Source: Octopus bimaculoides (taxonomy: Eukaryota). From it: a DNA stretch of 64,000 nucleotides. The stretch lies in the NCBI RefSeq assembly GCF_001194135.2, contig NC_068987.1, positions 5,969,365 through 6,033,364 of the forward strand, in the 5' to 3' direction. Position 1 is the first letter of the stretch. Each line of letters opens with the position of its first letter. Under the pieces are notes generated by a model. That model was not told where the DNA came from. It was given only the letters and a program-made list of their open reading frames with translations, and made no database searches. This document shows positions 50,955 through 63,960 of this stretch, in pieces. The position numbers and the translations under genes were made by a program.

Positions 50955-52328
50955 ATTCTGTTGAGATTCGCTTTACTCTTGTGACTGCACTTTTATTATC
51001 AACGACCTACACGCTGCTATTTCCAGCCAGATTTATTTGATGAGACCCATCATAGCCTTAAATAATCTTCATCTTCATTGCCTGTTATCTATTGGCAACT
51101 AAAAACGCCAAAACGGACTCGAGAACTATGACACCGACAACAGCGTTCAATGAGAAAAGAAGACTCGTATTTCCTTGAAGAGTACCAAAATACAAACTCA
51201 GCACAAATTAAGCAGCAACCCACATTCTCCAACAAGTAACATCTCGTTATGACCCTATTTCATCCACTCGATTCACTGGTAAACATCCTCTAACGTGCCA
51301 CAAGCGGTTCGTACACCGACGAGTTGTATCTTCAACCAACGCCATTACAATGGTTGAAGCCATTTTGGAAAAAGGAAAGGAAACAGAAAGGACAAGGAAT
51401 TACGAATCGCTTACACCTACATTCACCCGATTTACACTTCCTGCTAGTAATGTCCTTTGTGTGTGAACCACAAAATACTGTTGTAAAAAGTCATGCAAAT
51501 AGTTTTATTCAGACTGCAACTGCCTAGAGCTTCGTTGCCCATATTTATTTTCTCTAAAAGTATCAAAGTTTAGAAACTTTTGCCAAGCACCAACTTCATT
51601 CACTGAAGTAGGTCATGCGCACGGCCAATCTTCCCCAGACTAAAATGTAGAGAAATATATTTAATGAGATTGAGTTGTAACAATAGTGAATGGCTGTTCT
51701 TGGATGTAGGCGGTGCCAGACAGAAATTTAAACTCTATGAAATGAACTGTTAATGTGAATTTATTATGCCTTGAGGAATACGACAGCATAAAATTCCGAA
51801 ATTACTCTCAAGAACTACCTTAAACTTCTATACTGTTCGCTTACTCAGACGTATACAGAACTGTAGTATATTGCATGAATAACTTCACAAATTCTTAAAC
51901 TTGTCTAAACGTCAATATTCCAGCTTCTTGTGTAAAAAAAAAAAAAATATTCCAACAACAACAACAACAATTTACAAAACCAAACAGACGATAGTGTGAC
52001 TATCTCGCCCGTACCACTCACAATATTAAAATTTAATGCTTCTTTTCTGCATTAATTGTTAGAGCAACAGAGAACATTACAGCACTAATGGAATACAAGA
52101 TTTAGCCTCATAAAAAAAAAACCGCCGCCGTTATCACCACCGCCTACTAGAAATATCAGCGAGATCGTTTTGTTTTCGTTTTTCTTCGAAATAACACACC
52201 AGCGTTTTAAGAAAATAATGATACATTATAACTTAGTTCTAAATATTAAGTCTGAGCAAAATTCGGTGGATAGAATGCGCGATGCCAAACGATAGGTAGT
52301 CGTTTAGTTTGACCAAGGAACAAATTCG

Positions 52329-52617
52329 TAACTAAACCCTATTCTAATCTACAATTCTTTGTCGTTACTTGTAACTAACTCCTATTCTAATCTACAATTC
52401 TCTGTCGCTAGTGGTAACTAACCCCTATTCTAATCTACAGTTGTCTGTCAATACTGGTAACTAACCCCTATTCTAATCTACAGTTCTTTGTCGTTACTGG
52501 TAACTAACCCCTATTCTAATCTACAGTTCTCTGTCGTTACTGGTAACTAACCCCTATTCTAATCTACAGTTTTCTGTCGTTACTGCTAACTAACCCCTAC
52601 TCTAATCTTCTGTTACC
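52329..52617. repeat. 43-bp minisatellite, about 6.5 copies
   Basis: Unit TAACTAACCCCTATTCTAATCTACAGTTCTCTGTCGTTACTGG, head to tail with no spacers. Confidence 0.95.
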
Positions 52618-53089
52618 AACAATTGTACCCATCAAATTTCACTTAACGAAATCGCTAATCAGGTTCCTAAACCTCCTTATGCATGAAACGACGCAGTCAG
52701 CTTTTATTGTCCAGATCCCCTTTATTAGAATATCATAATTCGACAGGACAAATTAGAATTTATTCACCTATGTAACCAACAACCCGAAGTTGTAATCAAT
52801 TTAAACTATCCCTATTAGTTAATGAATTGAGGAATCTGTCAAAGAACGACCTGCATGACCGGTTACTTGCGACTTGTCCACGTTGATGCTTTCGGAAAAT
52901 CTGGACTATAATAATGAGGTTGGAAAATGATTTTTTTCTTCAGAACCAGGCAATCGATTTATTTCAAAATTTTGATTCAGTTTTGTTAATATTAGAATTC
53001 TAAGAGGACTTTTACAGTGAGAATTGTTGGGTAGATGTAAACCATAATGAGATGCGACTATTTTTATACTGGAACAAGCAATTCTGATA

Positions 53090-53270
53090 TTGTGAATAGA
53101 GTAAGAAAAAAGTATGAAAGAAGTAGAGTGTAAGAAAATAGAGAGAAGGAGGGTGAGGGAAAGAAAGGAAGAAAGATATAAGGAAAGAAAAGAAAGAAAA
53201 GAAAGAAAAGAAAGAAAAGAAAGAAAGATAGAAAGATAAAAAGAAAGGAAGAAAGAAAAAGAGGAGAAAA
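53090..53270. repeat. Polypurine tract with (GAAAAGAAA)n
   Basis: Directly visible, almost pure A/G. Confidence 0.9.
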
Positions 53271-53439
53271 TGGTGGGGAAATACGAGTGTTTCAGGAAAG
53301 TATCTATAGTCTCAATTATTTTGCCAGAAATAAACGTCCTTCACACAACTTCATCGAAGCAATCGATGCTCACTATAAACTGTTGTATGTCGGAATATCG
53401 ATTTCCATTCATCATTTTCTTATACTCTTATACGTGTAC

Positions 53440-53887
<448 letters not shown>

Positions 53888-54084
53888 TTACCCAGTAACA
53901 TGCGTTTATACATATTTCTGAAGCCTAGAGATATATAACATTATGCGTCAATATTTTGTTTATTCTTTCAATTTAAACATATTGAGAAAACAAACAACAT
54001 AAACTTGATAGCTATTTAAATTCAATATATTTCATAGAAATGTGTATCCAAATATCTATTCATCTCTCCTCCCACTTCTCTGTG

Positions 54085-54119
<35 letters not shown>

Positions 54120-55061
54120 GTCTTATAGTGTTTTCAGACTTATTCAATATGCTAGATAATGTTCTGTATGTATGGACACGTGTGTATCCCAGAAGTAACA
54201 TTAAAACTATTTCAATCTGAATAATTTCTTCAGGCTTATTGATTAAAAGAATGATCTTCAAGCTCATCTGTCCGAAAACTCTATACGTACAAGGCGAGGC
54301 AGCAGATTAAAACGGATGCAATTAACGAGCACAACACAAGCTATGCACATTAGATATGTCTTAGATAAGAACGACAATGTGCAAGGTAACAACATTGTGA
54401 AGGATAGAAACTTTCTCACTCGCTGAAAAACAACGGTTGAAAATCGATTAAACGAACACATTTCTGATAAGTTTAATTTTCAATTAAGTCTGTCACTTAT
54501 AGACATTTTAAATGTATTAATATGCTCTGGGAAAAACGAGAAAGTAAAGAAAAATAGAAATTTCCCCTAAATTGTTTGACAGATTTGCATACGAAACAAC
54601 TTGCAATGCATTATAAATTTAAATAATTCTTTGGATGAGGAATCCACGCTTGCAGCTGAAAATTACAGACTGAGTCAGATTCCGAATTTCGAATTCAATA
54701 ATGTTTTCACTATCCCCCACTGGTACATAAAACATGTTTAGAGAGATGAGTTGTTGATCGATATAATGGTGTTTAAAAAGGTGACAGTTATCGATACAAT
54801 TGATGGAATACCTGTCGTAGATAAAATGAGCTTGAGTTCAGAAACTGGCACTGAATATTTGCCAGTAATTCTCTGAATAAGATGCCAAATATTTCTTTCC
54901 AGGTATTTCAGGTACTTTTCCAAAGCTTCTTTCTAAGTACAGATTAAAACAAAAAAAAAAAAAACGGCACGTATATGAACAATCCATATTTGCAAATGGT
55001 AAACTGTCATAGCTCTATCATTGTCTGTGTATATAGGCGCTGTGTGAGTTATAGGCGCAGG

Positions 55062-55230
55062 AATGGCCAATAGGTGCAGGCGTGGCAGTGTGGTAAGAAG
55101 CTTGCTTCCCAACCACATGGTTCCGGGTTCAGTCCCACTGCGTGGCACTGTGGAGAAGTGTCTTCTACTATAGCCTTGGGCTGACCCCGGCCACAACCTT
55201 GTGAGTGTATTTGGTAGACGGAAATTTGGT
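55062..55230 (+). mobile_element. SINE family C, 5' part
   Basis: AGGCGCAGG...GTGTGGTAAGAAGCTTGCTTCCCAACCACATGGTTCCGGGTTCAGTCCCACTGCGTGGCAC...TTGGTAGACGGAAA. Confidence 0.85.
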
Positions 55231-55806
55231 AGCGAAGAAGTGGACTCGAATACCTCTCTTTATATGTCTTGGTCGAGCCCACTTCTTCGCTTGGGGGCGT
55301 CGACACAACATACGGTATTAGGTTCCAGCAATGCCACTGAAATGGCTATGAAGCATAAGAAGATTGCGTGGCAACCTCATGGTCTTGGGACCAGGAAAGA
55401 AGAGAGTAGAATGTCAGGCACAGTGTTAGGTTTGAGATTTGCAATGAACCATTAAACATCGTTTATACTTATATATCAATTGATTGGTTCAATGATGCGT
55501 ATGATTGAAACAAAATAGATATTGTCAGATGTATGTTGTCTGTGAAAAACGACTGGATAGAACTGTCTGAGAGTGATATTGATTTGAGAGGTTTAGGACA
55601 GATTATTGTAAAGAATATCTTGGTGCAGATCTCATAGCGTTACTATGTAAAGAGGAATAATTAGCCATTTATTAGAAGACACTGATAGAGAACAGAGGTC
55701 AAACTGTTCGACTTAGAAAAGGTTCATTTCACTCATTAAAATAGACATTATTTTCTTGCTGTTGTAGTTCAAAATGAAACTGAATATCGTTGAATAATAT
55801 GTAAAA

Positions 55807-56898
55807 TATTAGGTTGTCAGATAAATTCGTTCGTTTCTCTCCGATGTTATTTGAAATCACACGAAAAATACTTGAATCGTAGGGTTTTATATTTTTGCTT
55901 TGTAGCGGTCTTTGTTCATAAATTTTGTTTATAGTTTTTGAAATTTCAATAAATTTTATCATTTTTCACACCTGTGACGTGTGCCAAGTAAAACTGAGCA
56001 TTTTTGACACCTGCTACTCTTTGCTTTCAATCAATGTTCCAAAGCTCGGTTGGAAAGTTCTAGCGCATCCATCATATTCTCCTGATGTTGCGTCTTCAAA
56101 TTATTCCTTTTTTAAATTTTTTTGGTAGCTTTCCAGCAGTCTACAGGGAGTTTCATTCAACAACGACGATAAATTATTCGAGTTTACAACCCATGATTTC
56201 CACCGCTAAAGCATTGACAAGATATTCTTTTCTACTCTAGGTACAAAATCCGAAATTTTGTGGGAGGGAGCCAGTCGATTAGATCGATCCCAGTACGCAA
56301 CTAGTACTTAATTTATCGACCCCGAAAGGATGAAAGGCAAAGTCGACCTCGGCGGAATTTGAACTCAGAACGTAAAGGCAAACGAAACACCTCTAAAGCA
56401 TTTTGCCCAGCGTGCTAACGTTTCTTATTTCTTTACTGCACACAAGGGGCTACACATAGAGGGGACAAACAAGGACAGATAAACGGATTAAGTCGATTAT
56501 ATCGACCCCAGTGCGTAACTGGTACTTAATGTATCGACCCCGAAAGAATGAAAGGCAAAGTCGACCTCGGCGGAATTCGAACTCAAAACGTAAAGACTGA
56601 CGAAACACCTGTCAGCATTTCGCCCAGCGTGCTAACGATTCTGCCAGCTCGCTGCCTTTACATTGACAAGATATTCTTTTCTACTCTAAGCACAAGGCCC
56701 GAAATTTTGGTGGAGGGGGCCAGTCGGTTAGATTGATCTCAGTATGTAACTGGTATTTAATTGTATAATACAAGCTCGCCGCTTTTACATTGAAAAGTAT
56801 TGGAATCCTTGCATAAGCTCGTTAACAACGAGGGAAAATATTCTCTTAAATAAAAAACAAAAGGATAAAAGGAATTTTTCTGAACGAATAACCCAATA
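55807..56898 (+). mobile_element. Internally deleted mariner DNA transposon, interrupted by SINEs
   Basis: The left end is TATTAGGTTGTC..., with an imperfect inverted copy ...ACCCAATA at the right. Peptide remnants are EHF.HLLLFAFNQ (N-terminus), KLGWKVLAHPSYSPDVASSNYSFF (a decayed YSPDLAPSDY motif) and VNNEGKYSLK* (C-terminus). Confidence 0.8.
56224..56787 (-). mobile_element. Tandem cluster of SINE family B units inside the mariner
   Basis: Family B core at about 56320 and 56540, plus a deleted third unit at 56673-56787. The units are separated by repeats of the flanking CATTGA(C/A)AAG sequence. Confidence 0.85.
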
Positions 56899-57203
56899 AT
56901 TTCTGATAAAAAGAAAACTTTATCAGGCATCGTACTATAGTTGATCTGGAAAAAATAATGGATATTTGAGGAATGATATCCATCATGTTTAGATATAGCT
57001 TAAGATTTATTTGATTAATATCAGGGAATATGTAGGCGTTATACGGTTCTTGAGTTCAGAAATATACATGTATATTTTATAAATGAATTTACATTGTCTA
57101 TTATTTATAAGATGTTAATTCAGAGATGTTATTTTTCAGGCTTAGATGTACGTGTAACTCTTACTATGTGAAAGAAAGAGGAATGGAACAATGATGTAGT
57201 GTG

Positions 57204-57236
<33 letters not shown>

Positions 57237-57583
57237 NNNNNNNNNNNNNNNNNNNNNNNNNNNNNNNNNNNNNNNNNNNNNNNNNNNNNNNNNNNNNNNN
57301 NNNNNNNNNNNNNNNNNNNNNNNNNNNNNNNNNNNNNNNNNNNNNNNNNNNNNNNNNNNNNNNNNNNNNNNNNNNNNNNNNNNNNNNNNNNNNNNNNNNN
57401 NNNNNNNNNNNNNNNNNNNNNNNNNNNNNNNNNNNNNNNNNNNNNNNNNNNNNNNNNNNNNNNNNNNNNNNNNNNNNNNNNNNNNNNNNNNNNNNNNNNN
57501 NNNNNNNNNNNNNNNNNNNNNNNNNNNNNNNNNNNNNNNNNNNNNNNNNNNNNNNNNNNNNNNNNNNNNNNNNNNNNNNNNNN

Positions 57584-57962
57584 TGGTTTCAGTTCTTTGA
57601 CTGCGGCCTTTCAGGTGCATCGCCTTTAGTCGAGCAAATCGACCCCAGGAACTTATTCTTTGTAAGCCTAGTACTCATTCTATCGTACTCTTTTGCCGAA
57701 CCGCTAAGTTACGAGGACCTAAACACACCAGCAACGGTTTTCAAACGATGTTGGGGGTCAAACATATACACACAGATACACATATATATGCACATATACG
57801 ACGGTCTTCTTTCTTTCAGTTTCCGTCTACTAAATCCACTCACAAGGCTTTGGTAGGCCCGAGGCTATAGTAGAAGACACAAGCCCAAGGTGCCACGCAG
57901 TGGGATTGAACCCGGAACCATGTGGTTGGTAAGCAAGTTACTTAGGAAACCGCCACTCCTGC
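57584..57962 (-). mobile_element. SINE family C, near full length
   Basis: Complete order of tail, internal (CA)/(TA) tract, centre and head ending ...CCACTCCTGCG. Confidence 0.9.
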
Positions 57963-58160
57963 GGCAGTGAAACATGGGCTGTGACTGCTGAGGACATGCA
58001 TAAGCTCGAAAGGAATGAAGCCAGTATGCTCCGATGGATGTGTAATATCAGTGTGCATACCCGTCAGAGTGTAAGTACCTTGAGAGAAAAGTTGAACCTA
58101 AGAAGCATCAGTTGTGGTGTGCAAGAGAGACGATTGCGCTGGTATGGTCATGTGGCGAGA
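57963..58160 (+). mobile_element. RTE-clade LINE fragment (region C-terminal to RT)
   Basis: Open frame GSETWAVTAEDMHKLERNEASMLRWMCNISVHTRQSVSTLREKLNLRSISCGVQERRLRWYGHVAR, with the RTE hallmarks (Y)GSETW, MLRW and RRLRWYGHV.R. Confidence 0.88.
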
Positions 58161-58341
58161 TCGAGTTCCTTTATCATGGGAATGAAAAATACATAAAAAT
58201 AATCCATGGAGAGATTAGCGCTTGAAACCTAACATCTCGATGAATTTTTATGTATTTTGTATTCCCATGATAAAGGAACTTGACCTATGAATATCTGTCT
58301 TCCACTTTGGTTTTTGTTGCACACACACACAGACGCACACG

Positions 58342-58374
<33 letters not shown>

Positions 58375-58429
58375 TATGCGACAAGCTTCCACATAATTTT
58401 CCGCAACAAAGTTCACTCACAATTCGAAC

Positions 58430-58545
58430 TGGTCAAACTGGGGTTACAGCAGTTGACCCTCGCCAAGAAAATATAACGCATTGAGACTGAATCCGAAACC
58501 GCATGGTTGCACTACGAGCTTCCTAAACCTGCATCCATAGCTGTC
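58430..58545 (-). mobile_element. SINE family C head, degenerate
   Basis: GACTGAATCCGAAACCGCATGGTTG...ACCTGCATCCATAGC resembles the reverse complement of the family C head. Confidence 0.5.
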
Positions 58546-58589
58546 CTTATGCATTGTGTTTTTATTGACGATCCATTCTTTTAGTTTGA

Positions 58590-58790
58590 GAAATGCTTTT
58601 GTTTTTAATGCCTGAAACCTTGTCATCTCTCTTTCCAGATCTTTATATTTGGATAGTCTTTCTCTTCCAAGTCTTGACACCTTATCTTCTGGCTGATCGT
58701 TCGACCAGCAGACATTTTGTTTCTAGATATCCTTTAACAGCAATAAGCAGCCGGTTTGCCTTATTTTTCTCTTCTGAGGTCAACTGCAAT
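58590..58790 (-). mobile_element. Old R4/Dong-like RLE fragment (family 1-like), frameshifted
   Basis: KANRLLIAVKG...KCLL, then ERLSKYKDLEREMTRFQALKT, resembling ANRPDIVVKD...KLSKYKDLEIEITRMWNLKT (compare 22242). Confidence 0.6.
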
Positions 58791-58924
58791 AACCTGAGCT
58801 ATATTCGCTTGATCGTTCTTTGACACATCTTAAAGCATGTCTTTATATTATCCACTTAATGATGTTATCTCATCATGCCAGTGTCAGGTCCAGTGTATTT
58901 GTGAAAGCTTTCGCCACTCACTAG

Positions 58925-59495
58925 GAGGCATTTGTATGAATGTATGTTTGTTTGTATGCATGTATGTATGTATGAATGTATGATGTTTGTATTCATGTAT
59001 GTATGAATGCATATATCAATGTGTGTATGTATGTATGTATGTATGTATGTATGAATGTATGTACATTAGTACTATGTATATACATATATATGCACCTATA
59101 TATGTATGTAAGGCTGTATGTATATATGTATGTATGAACGTATGTTTGTAAGTATGTATCTATGTATGTATGTTTGTATGTATGTATGTATGCACGTATG
59201 TATGTACGTATTATGCACCTATGAATGTATATATGTATGCACGTATGTATGTATGTATGTATGCACCTATGTATGTATATATGTATGTATGTACGTGTGT
59301 TTGTATGTATGTATGTATGTATGCACGTATGTATGTGTGTTCGTATTTATACACGTATGCATGTATGTATAAATGTTTGTATGTACGTATGTATGTTGGC
59401 ATGTATGTATGTATGTACGTATGTACGCACGTATGCATATATGTACGTATGTATGCACTTGCATGCGTGCCTATATGTATACGTTTGTACGTACG
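58925..59495. repeat. About 570-bp degenerate (TGTA)n satellite
   Basis: Directly visible. Confidence 0.95.
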
Positions 59496-60753
59496 TTCCG
59501 TTGAATCAAACGCTTAAGAGAACGAAATTCCGAAACAACACCCACCTCAATGCAAACCCAGAAACCTTGCTCACCAACAAGTCTTGGCTTTGTTGGCGAG
59601 AGTCTTAGAAGTGTTATGCAAGTTGTTATTATCTTTAAATTTCAGCTCTGGTGTGGCTGAAAGTGATTGTCTTTAACATCTCCGAGTACATGATTTGTCA
59701 GTGATGGTCATAGCCGTCAACGAGTTTGCTTGCGACGGATTACCCCTTTTTTATATAGTATTTCAATTACTCCTGCAACGAATAATTTCCTTAATGCATA
59801 AGACTCCGGAAAGGGTTACGTTTGTATATAGAAACCCCGCTTTATATATTTTGGCTAATAGCATATGGATCCATCGATGTAAAGCTACCCGTGTGTAATA
59901 TATGTTATATAGCATCGATACAAACAGTTCATTCACAAGAACTGTTTCCTTGACTGCGGTAGAGGTAGAAGGAGCATAAAAACAGAAAGGAAGGAAGCAA
60001 TAATGGCCATAGTTTTTCAAAAACAACCATGCAATCTATAAATAGATTCAGTATTATTTGAAATGTTTTCCTAGCGATATGGAGAGTCTCTTGTGTCAAT
60101 ATTTTTTGTTTTTTGTTTTAATGAATAACTAAAACTCTTCCTTTAGGAAATGCTTTAAATTTCTCACAGACACAACAATATGATTCTGTTCTCTTCAGTT
60201 GTAATGTGGTTTGTGTTGTTTACTTCGGCTTAGCATACTCTATGTTTATAATACCTTGTTGAGCTAAACGTTATTCAGTTTTTCTTAAATGTCACTTCGT
60301 TCGTTTCGTAGTTTTTTTTTCTGGGTTTTTTTTCTGGGATTTTTTTTCTGAGTAAAATACAGTAGAACCTCGGTTTTCGAAAATCTTCAACTCTGATGTC
60401 GAATAAATCGTGCTTTATATATATAGATAGATAGACAGATAGACAGNNNNNNNNNNNNNNNNNNNNNNNNNNNNNNNNNNNNNNNNNNNNNNNNNNNNNN
60501 NNNNNNNNNNNNNNNNNNNNNNNNNNNNNNNNNNNNNNNNNNNNNNNNNNNNNNNNNNNNNNNNNNNNNNNNNNNNNNNNNNNNNNNNNNNNNNNNNNNN
60601 NNNNNNNNGGTTCAGTCTCGTTATTTAGAGGTTCGCTTCTTTAAGATGTTTTGCCGATTTTCTTACTTTTATAACTCTAAAGGTTTTGATAATCACTTTG
60701 GTATAATAAGATAGGGCCGATAGCAGTGCTGGGTTAAGTACAAGCCTTTAATA

Positions 60754-60969
60754 TCCTTTTCTACTCTCGGCACAAGGCGTGAAATTTTGCGGGGGAAGGA
60801 GCCAGTCGATTAGATCAACCCAGTACGCAACTGGTACTTAATTTATCGACCTCGAAAGGATGAAAGGCAAAGTCCACCTCGGCGGAATTTGAACTCAGAG
60901 CATTAAGACAGGTGAAATACCGCTAAGCATTTTGCCCGGCATGCTAACGTTTCTGCCAGCTCGCCTCCT
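60754..60969 (-). mobile_element. SINE family B, full length with TSD
   Basis: Complete family B match. A 15-bp TSD, TACAAGCCTTTAATA, lies at 60739-60753 and 60970-60984. Confidence 0.92.
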
Positions 60970-61009
60970 TACAAGCCTTTAATACTAATTAATGAATTGA
61001 TTAATTGAG

Positions 61010-61435
61010 GTAGGTGTGGCTGTGTGGTTAAGAAGCTCACTTTGCAACCGCGTGGCTTGGTGTTCAATCCCAATACGTTGCACCTTTGACAAGTGTCTCC
61101 TATTATAACCACGGACCAACCAATGCATTGGGAATGAATTTGGTAGAGGGGAAACAGTATGGATGCCTGTCGTATTTATGTGTGTAGGTATGTGTGTGTG
61201 TATGTATGTGTGTGTGTGTATGTGTGTGCGGGTGCGTGTGACTTCGTGTTTGTCAACACACGCTGCTTGACAACCGATGTTGGTTTGTTTACGTCCCCGT
61301 TTCCTAGCGCTTCAGTAAAAGGGACCGGTAGGATAGATACCAGAAACCTCATCCCCTGCAAAAGAAAAAACTAATGGCGTCGATTTCTTAGACTAAAACC
61401 TCATATTGCGGTGCCACAAAATAGCTGCTGGCCAA
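61010..61435 (+). mobile_element. SINE family C, full length, diverged
   Basis: Head GGTGTGGCTGTGTGGTTAAGAAGC, internal (TG)n, then GCTTGACAACCGATGTTGG and a tail remnant. Confidence 0.75.
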
Positions 61436-62559
61436 CGATAATGATAAATGACAAATGATATATGATATTTATAGTAAACGACAAATGATAAAGGATCTAT
61501 GATTAATGTTATATGATATTTATAGGAAACGATAAATGATATATGAATTAGTAATTCTAGTTTGATGAAGATGCCGGCAGAACTGTTTCCATTCTTTCAT
61601 GAAATGTTTCGTGTATTTATCTTTCATTAAAGTTACGTTACTCACGATAAATATCTCCTATAGACAACACTGTCGAACGCCTTCTCGTTGCTAACATGTG
61701 GCATGCATAAACCCGTCATTAGTTCAAATCTTCATTGATCTGTAATCTATGTTTACTGTTATATGATCCCTTGGGGCATCCCTTTTGTTTTTAAGTATTC
61801 TGTTTCTATATTTGAAATCATTTTTTACTTACAGTTATTTCTCCTTGGATCCACTTCGTCGTACCGGGACACCCATCTTTCTGGTCCTTAACATTCCTCT
61901 CAGGACAAGTAACAGTCTTATTTTTAATTTTACCGTCAATGGATGGAGGCTGCCATATATATTTTGAACGAATCTCCCTACTTATGGTTCGAATGTATCC
62001 CTTGTTAACTCACAGAACCGTCGACATGGTGTAGTTTTCCTTCCAAAGCCTTGGAGATTTTGTTATGGTCTTATTCGTGCCAGGCACCAAGCTGGTGTTT
62101 CTATGAGACTCACGATTTAGAAAATGGTGGTTGCTGCTGATGGGACCCGATGGAGGAGGTACCCGAGGTCTCTACTACCATGACCTTCTGGGGAATAGTA
62201 GGCAGGAAAGATAGAAGAGGTAACTTTTTATAATTTTACAATAAACATCTTAATTTAGCAAATTCGTTCGGATCTAAAGTTACTTTAAAAAAAAGAGGGT
62301 TGTTTTTCTCCAAATGTTGCGAATATGTAGAGGGATCCGATTTTCTTTGTAGATTGTCTCCCTTTATTTATACCTCTAGAATAGAAACATATTTCTTTCG
62401 TGCTTATCCAGATTCTCTTTTTCCTTTTTTATTTGTAAAAGTTGAGGGGTATAATCGGCTCATTTTTAATGCGTATCATCCGATTCATTTCTGGCTACGG
62501 AAACGTTTCGACACATCACTAGTCATACAGTAAAAGCAAATACTGTTTCGAGTTCTATG

Positions 62560-62777
62560 GCTAATGGGAACAGTTGCCCGGTTTCCATAGCGTGTAAGTG
62601 ACCGATGACACACTGTTACCCCCTAACGGGAGGCCATTTAGTGACGCTGGGTTACTCATTTAAAGGTGAGTGAAATTAAGGTTTTTCTCAAGAGTACGAC
62701 GCACCACTCAATCCAGGAAACGAAACCACGATCTCGAGATCGTGAAAGCAACTCCCTAACCACTGGGCCAATCACCT
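62560..62777 (-). mobile_element. Old tRNA-head SINE with a different central/3' module (possibly Nin/Deu-like)
   Basis: The rc head GTGAAGGTGATTGGCCCAGTGGTTAGG...GGTTTCG matches the family A head. It is followed by GGCCTCCCGTTAGGGGG...CACGCTATGGAAACCGGG, which resembles the CCCATCCAGGGGG...CATGCTACGGAAACCGGG module of ancient metazoan SINEs (from memory). Confidence 0.5.
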
Positions 62778-63289
62778 TCACATTTGTACTTTACGTGTCA
62801 AACATTTAAAGTACTCATAACCCTTGACAGGATTTCCAATTGTACTGCACTGATTTCTCTTACATCACACAAAATCTTAAAAGAGAAAGAATGACATGAA
62901 GTATGATGCAGTCGAATTTATACAAGAATACCAAACTCAGCGGTGGCGTGGTGCTTAATAACAACTACAAGAACAACAACAGAAGCAGCAACAGTACTAA
63001 CTGCAGAGGCAACGGAATTGGCAGAAGTTAGACTTCAAAAGTGAAACATGATGGTCAGGAGTTGAATATCTTTGATCATGCGTCTTCTTAATCAGCGCTG
63101 GCCTGGGGTTAAACAGCGACACAAGAACGAAACAATCGGCTGAAGGAAAATAAATTCCGTCTCGCAGATCAGGTGGAGGATGAAAGTGACATCGCTTTCG
63201 GAAGCACAACAGGGAAAACGAAGGAAGAAAAGAAAGTATAACGATCGTGTCAGGGAGAGGTGGTGGTGGTGGGGGGTGGTTGTGATAGA

Positions 63290-63385
63290 TAATATGATGA
63301 TGAGGAGGAGGAGGTGGGTGAGGATGATGATGATGATGGAAATCAGGAGGATGATAATAATGTTCCTGATGTGATGTTCTTGATA

Positions 63386-63421
<36 letters not shown>

Positions 63422-63817
63422 GTAATGGTGATGATGATGGTAATGGTGACGATGATGGTAATGGTGATGATGATGGTTACCATTACCATCGTAACAATAG
63501 TCAACAGCATCATCATCCTCATCATCATCATCATCAGAAACATCATCACCAAAATCAGCACCACCACCATCATCACCATCAATAACATCATCACCACCAA
63601 CATCACCATCATCACCATCATCTCCACCATCATCGTTGTCATCATCACCACCATCATCAACATCATCATCATCTTCATCATCAACATCATCATCACTAAT
63701 GTCATCGTAACCATCGTCATCGACAACAGCATCATCAGCATAAACATCGTGAATGATAACACCATCATGATCCTTCTCCCCCACCTCGCCTCCTCCTCCT
63801 CCTCCTCCTCCTCCTCC

Positions 63818-63852
<35 letters not shown>

Positions 63853-63960
63853 GTCATCATCATCATCATCATCATCGTCATCATCATCATCATCAATGAC
63901 ATCTCCGAAACCAGTGCCATCAACCTAATCATCGTTAACGCCAGCAGCATCGCCATTGTC
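63290..63960. repeat. Degenerate trinucleotide satellite: (GAT/GGT)n switching to (CAT/CAC/CCT)n
   Basis: Directly visible. Polarity switches at about 63478. Confidence 0.95.

Noticed and set aside
51212-51467. 84-codon ATG-poor open frame (AATHILQQVTSRYDPISS...)
   Set aside because: No recognisable domain and no supporting splice signals.
52329-52617. Regular 43-bp repeats as a CRISPR array
   Set aside because: Units are contiguous with no unique spacers, there are no cas genes, and the context is eukaryotic.
62500-62535. Third hammerhead-like motif on the minus strand (CTGTATGAC...GTCGAAACGT)
   Set aside because: Core spacing is wrong and stem I does not pair.
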